Below are positions 62,830 to 64,000 of a DNA stretch of 64,000 nucleotides, piece by piece. Where the stretch lies: positions 2,666,001-2,730,000 of the forward strand of contig NC_043021.1 in the NCBI RefSeq assembly GCF_006345805.1, in the 5' to 3' direction. The notes under the pieces were generated by a model, which did no database searches, had not been told where the DNA came from, and saw nothing but the letters and a program-made list of their open reading frames with translations. Source of the DNA: Octopus sinensis. Taxonomy: Eukaryota. A program made the translations under genes and the position numbers. The first letter of the stretch is position 1; each line of letters starts with the position of its first letter.

Positions 62830-62987
62830 CTTTATTTTCTCTCCTTGTTTCTTTCTGTGTTCCTTTCTGTGGAAGAGTGTAGGCTCGAAACGTTAAAGAC
62901 TTTTTCATTTCCCGAGCGTTAAACTAATACATCTACTTGTTGCCTACCCCACCTATCTTCGTCTTTTGTTTTTTTGTGAATTCTCCC
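62830..62987 (+). mobile_element. Penelope-like repeat with hammerhead-like motif (antisense to merlin)
   Basis: ctttctgtggaagagtgtaggctcgaaacgttaaag at 62863-62898; ends at (TA)n. Confidence 0.62.
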
Positions 62988-63745
62988 TATATATATATAT
63001 ATATATATATCACCGTGATCACCGTGTCCGACCAGGTTATCAGATGTTGCTACACATCGCTGGTCACAATGCGCTTTGCATTGTTTTAGCCTCCAGATGA
63101 CGCCACCCCGCTGGTTAAGCGAGCAGGCCAACAGAAGAAAGAGTGAGAGAAAGTTGGGGCGAAAGAGTACAGCAATGACCTCGCTCAAATCTTTTTACAC
63201 ATGCCACTGGCACAGGTGCCAGTAAGGCAATGTTGGTAATGATCACGCTCGAATGGTGCCCTTTTACATGCCACTGCTCTGGCGACGATCACGCTCGGAT
63301 GGTGCTCTTGGCACCCTACTAGCACGGGCACAAATACAAGTAAGGGAATGCTGGTAATGATCACGCTTGAATCGTGCCTTTTAAGTGCCACTGGCACGGA
63401 AGCTGGTTAGCCACTCTGTCAATGATAAGTTAAGTTAATTTTTTGGCTCAAAAAGCAAGGCCATGTAGGGGACATGGAGTTATGTACAGGGTGGTGTTCA
63501 TGCAAAGAGTTCAGGCCATTTCTGATCAAGAGAGACTTTGAACCGAGTGGTCGTCGGCATCTTCACTATCTCGTCCGGCAGCTTATTCCACGGATCCACA
63601 ACCCGGACGGAGAAAGCCCCTCTCCTTAGATTGATCATGCTTGTATGGTGCTCTTTGCACCCTGCTAGCACGGACTCCAGTCATCAAATTGATTCAATAA
63701 AAAATAGAAAGTGACAAAGAAAGAACTAAACAAAACAAGTTCTAC

Positions 63746-63821
63746 CTTGATTTGAAAATAGTTTACTCCATACATCTGGAAATCTTGAACAATCTTTAAA
63801 TATTCCATCTCAGCTTCATCC
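63746..63821 (-). CDS. NF2: Merlin exon equivalent to human exon 7 ([25 protein letters not shown]); gene continues beyond the window
   Basis: tttttttag acceptor, AAG|GTAGAA donor, 76 nt, phase 2 to 0. Confidence 0.97.
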
Positions 63822-64000
63822 CTAAAAAAATTAAGTACAAAAGGAAAAATATATATATAAGGGTGTGAGAGTGTGTTTCATTTATATATATCATTGTTAT
63901 CATCATCAACATTTTAATGTCCCTTATCCATGTCCACATGACTGGGACACAATTTGCTGGGGTGTATTATCTATGGCTGGATGCCTTTCTTGTCACCAAC

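Overview
Eukaryotic, repeat-dense genomic DNA. The SINE families and microsatellite load look octopod-cephalopod (inference from recognition). The main gene is the 3' two-thirds of a merlin/NF2 orthologue on the minus strand: 11 coding exons from 63821 down to the stop at 34784, about 400 aa covering the FERM C-lobe, helical region and tail ending KARVAFFEEL. Exon sizes closely mirror human NF2 exons 7-17, with one extra intron. A probable exon of another minus-strand gene lies at 120-274. The rest is TE-derived: a near full-length CR1-group LINE, Gypsy, Helitron, mariner, hAT, RTE and Penelope remnants, several MITEs, three or four SINE families, and long micro/minisatellites. The most interesting signals are: (1) two unannotated candidate alternative exons in the last merlin intron, one in-frame and Pro-rich, one stop-containing and ending in a PPxY motif beside a 1.7 kb (UAA)n-type array; (2) minimal type-I hammerhead ribozymes, one fully canonical and one family with a non-canonical position 6; (3) a LINE whose ORF1 appears to combine a Myb/SANT-like domain with two CCCH zinc fingers; (4) concatemeric SINE arrays inside single target-site duplications; (5) long intronic hairpins that would be A-to-I editing substrates. 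All calls were made by eye without database searches, and repeat boundaries are approximate.
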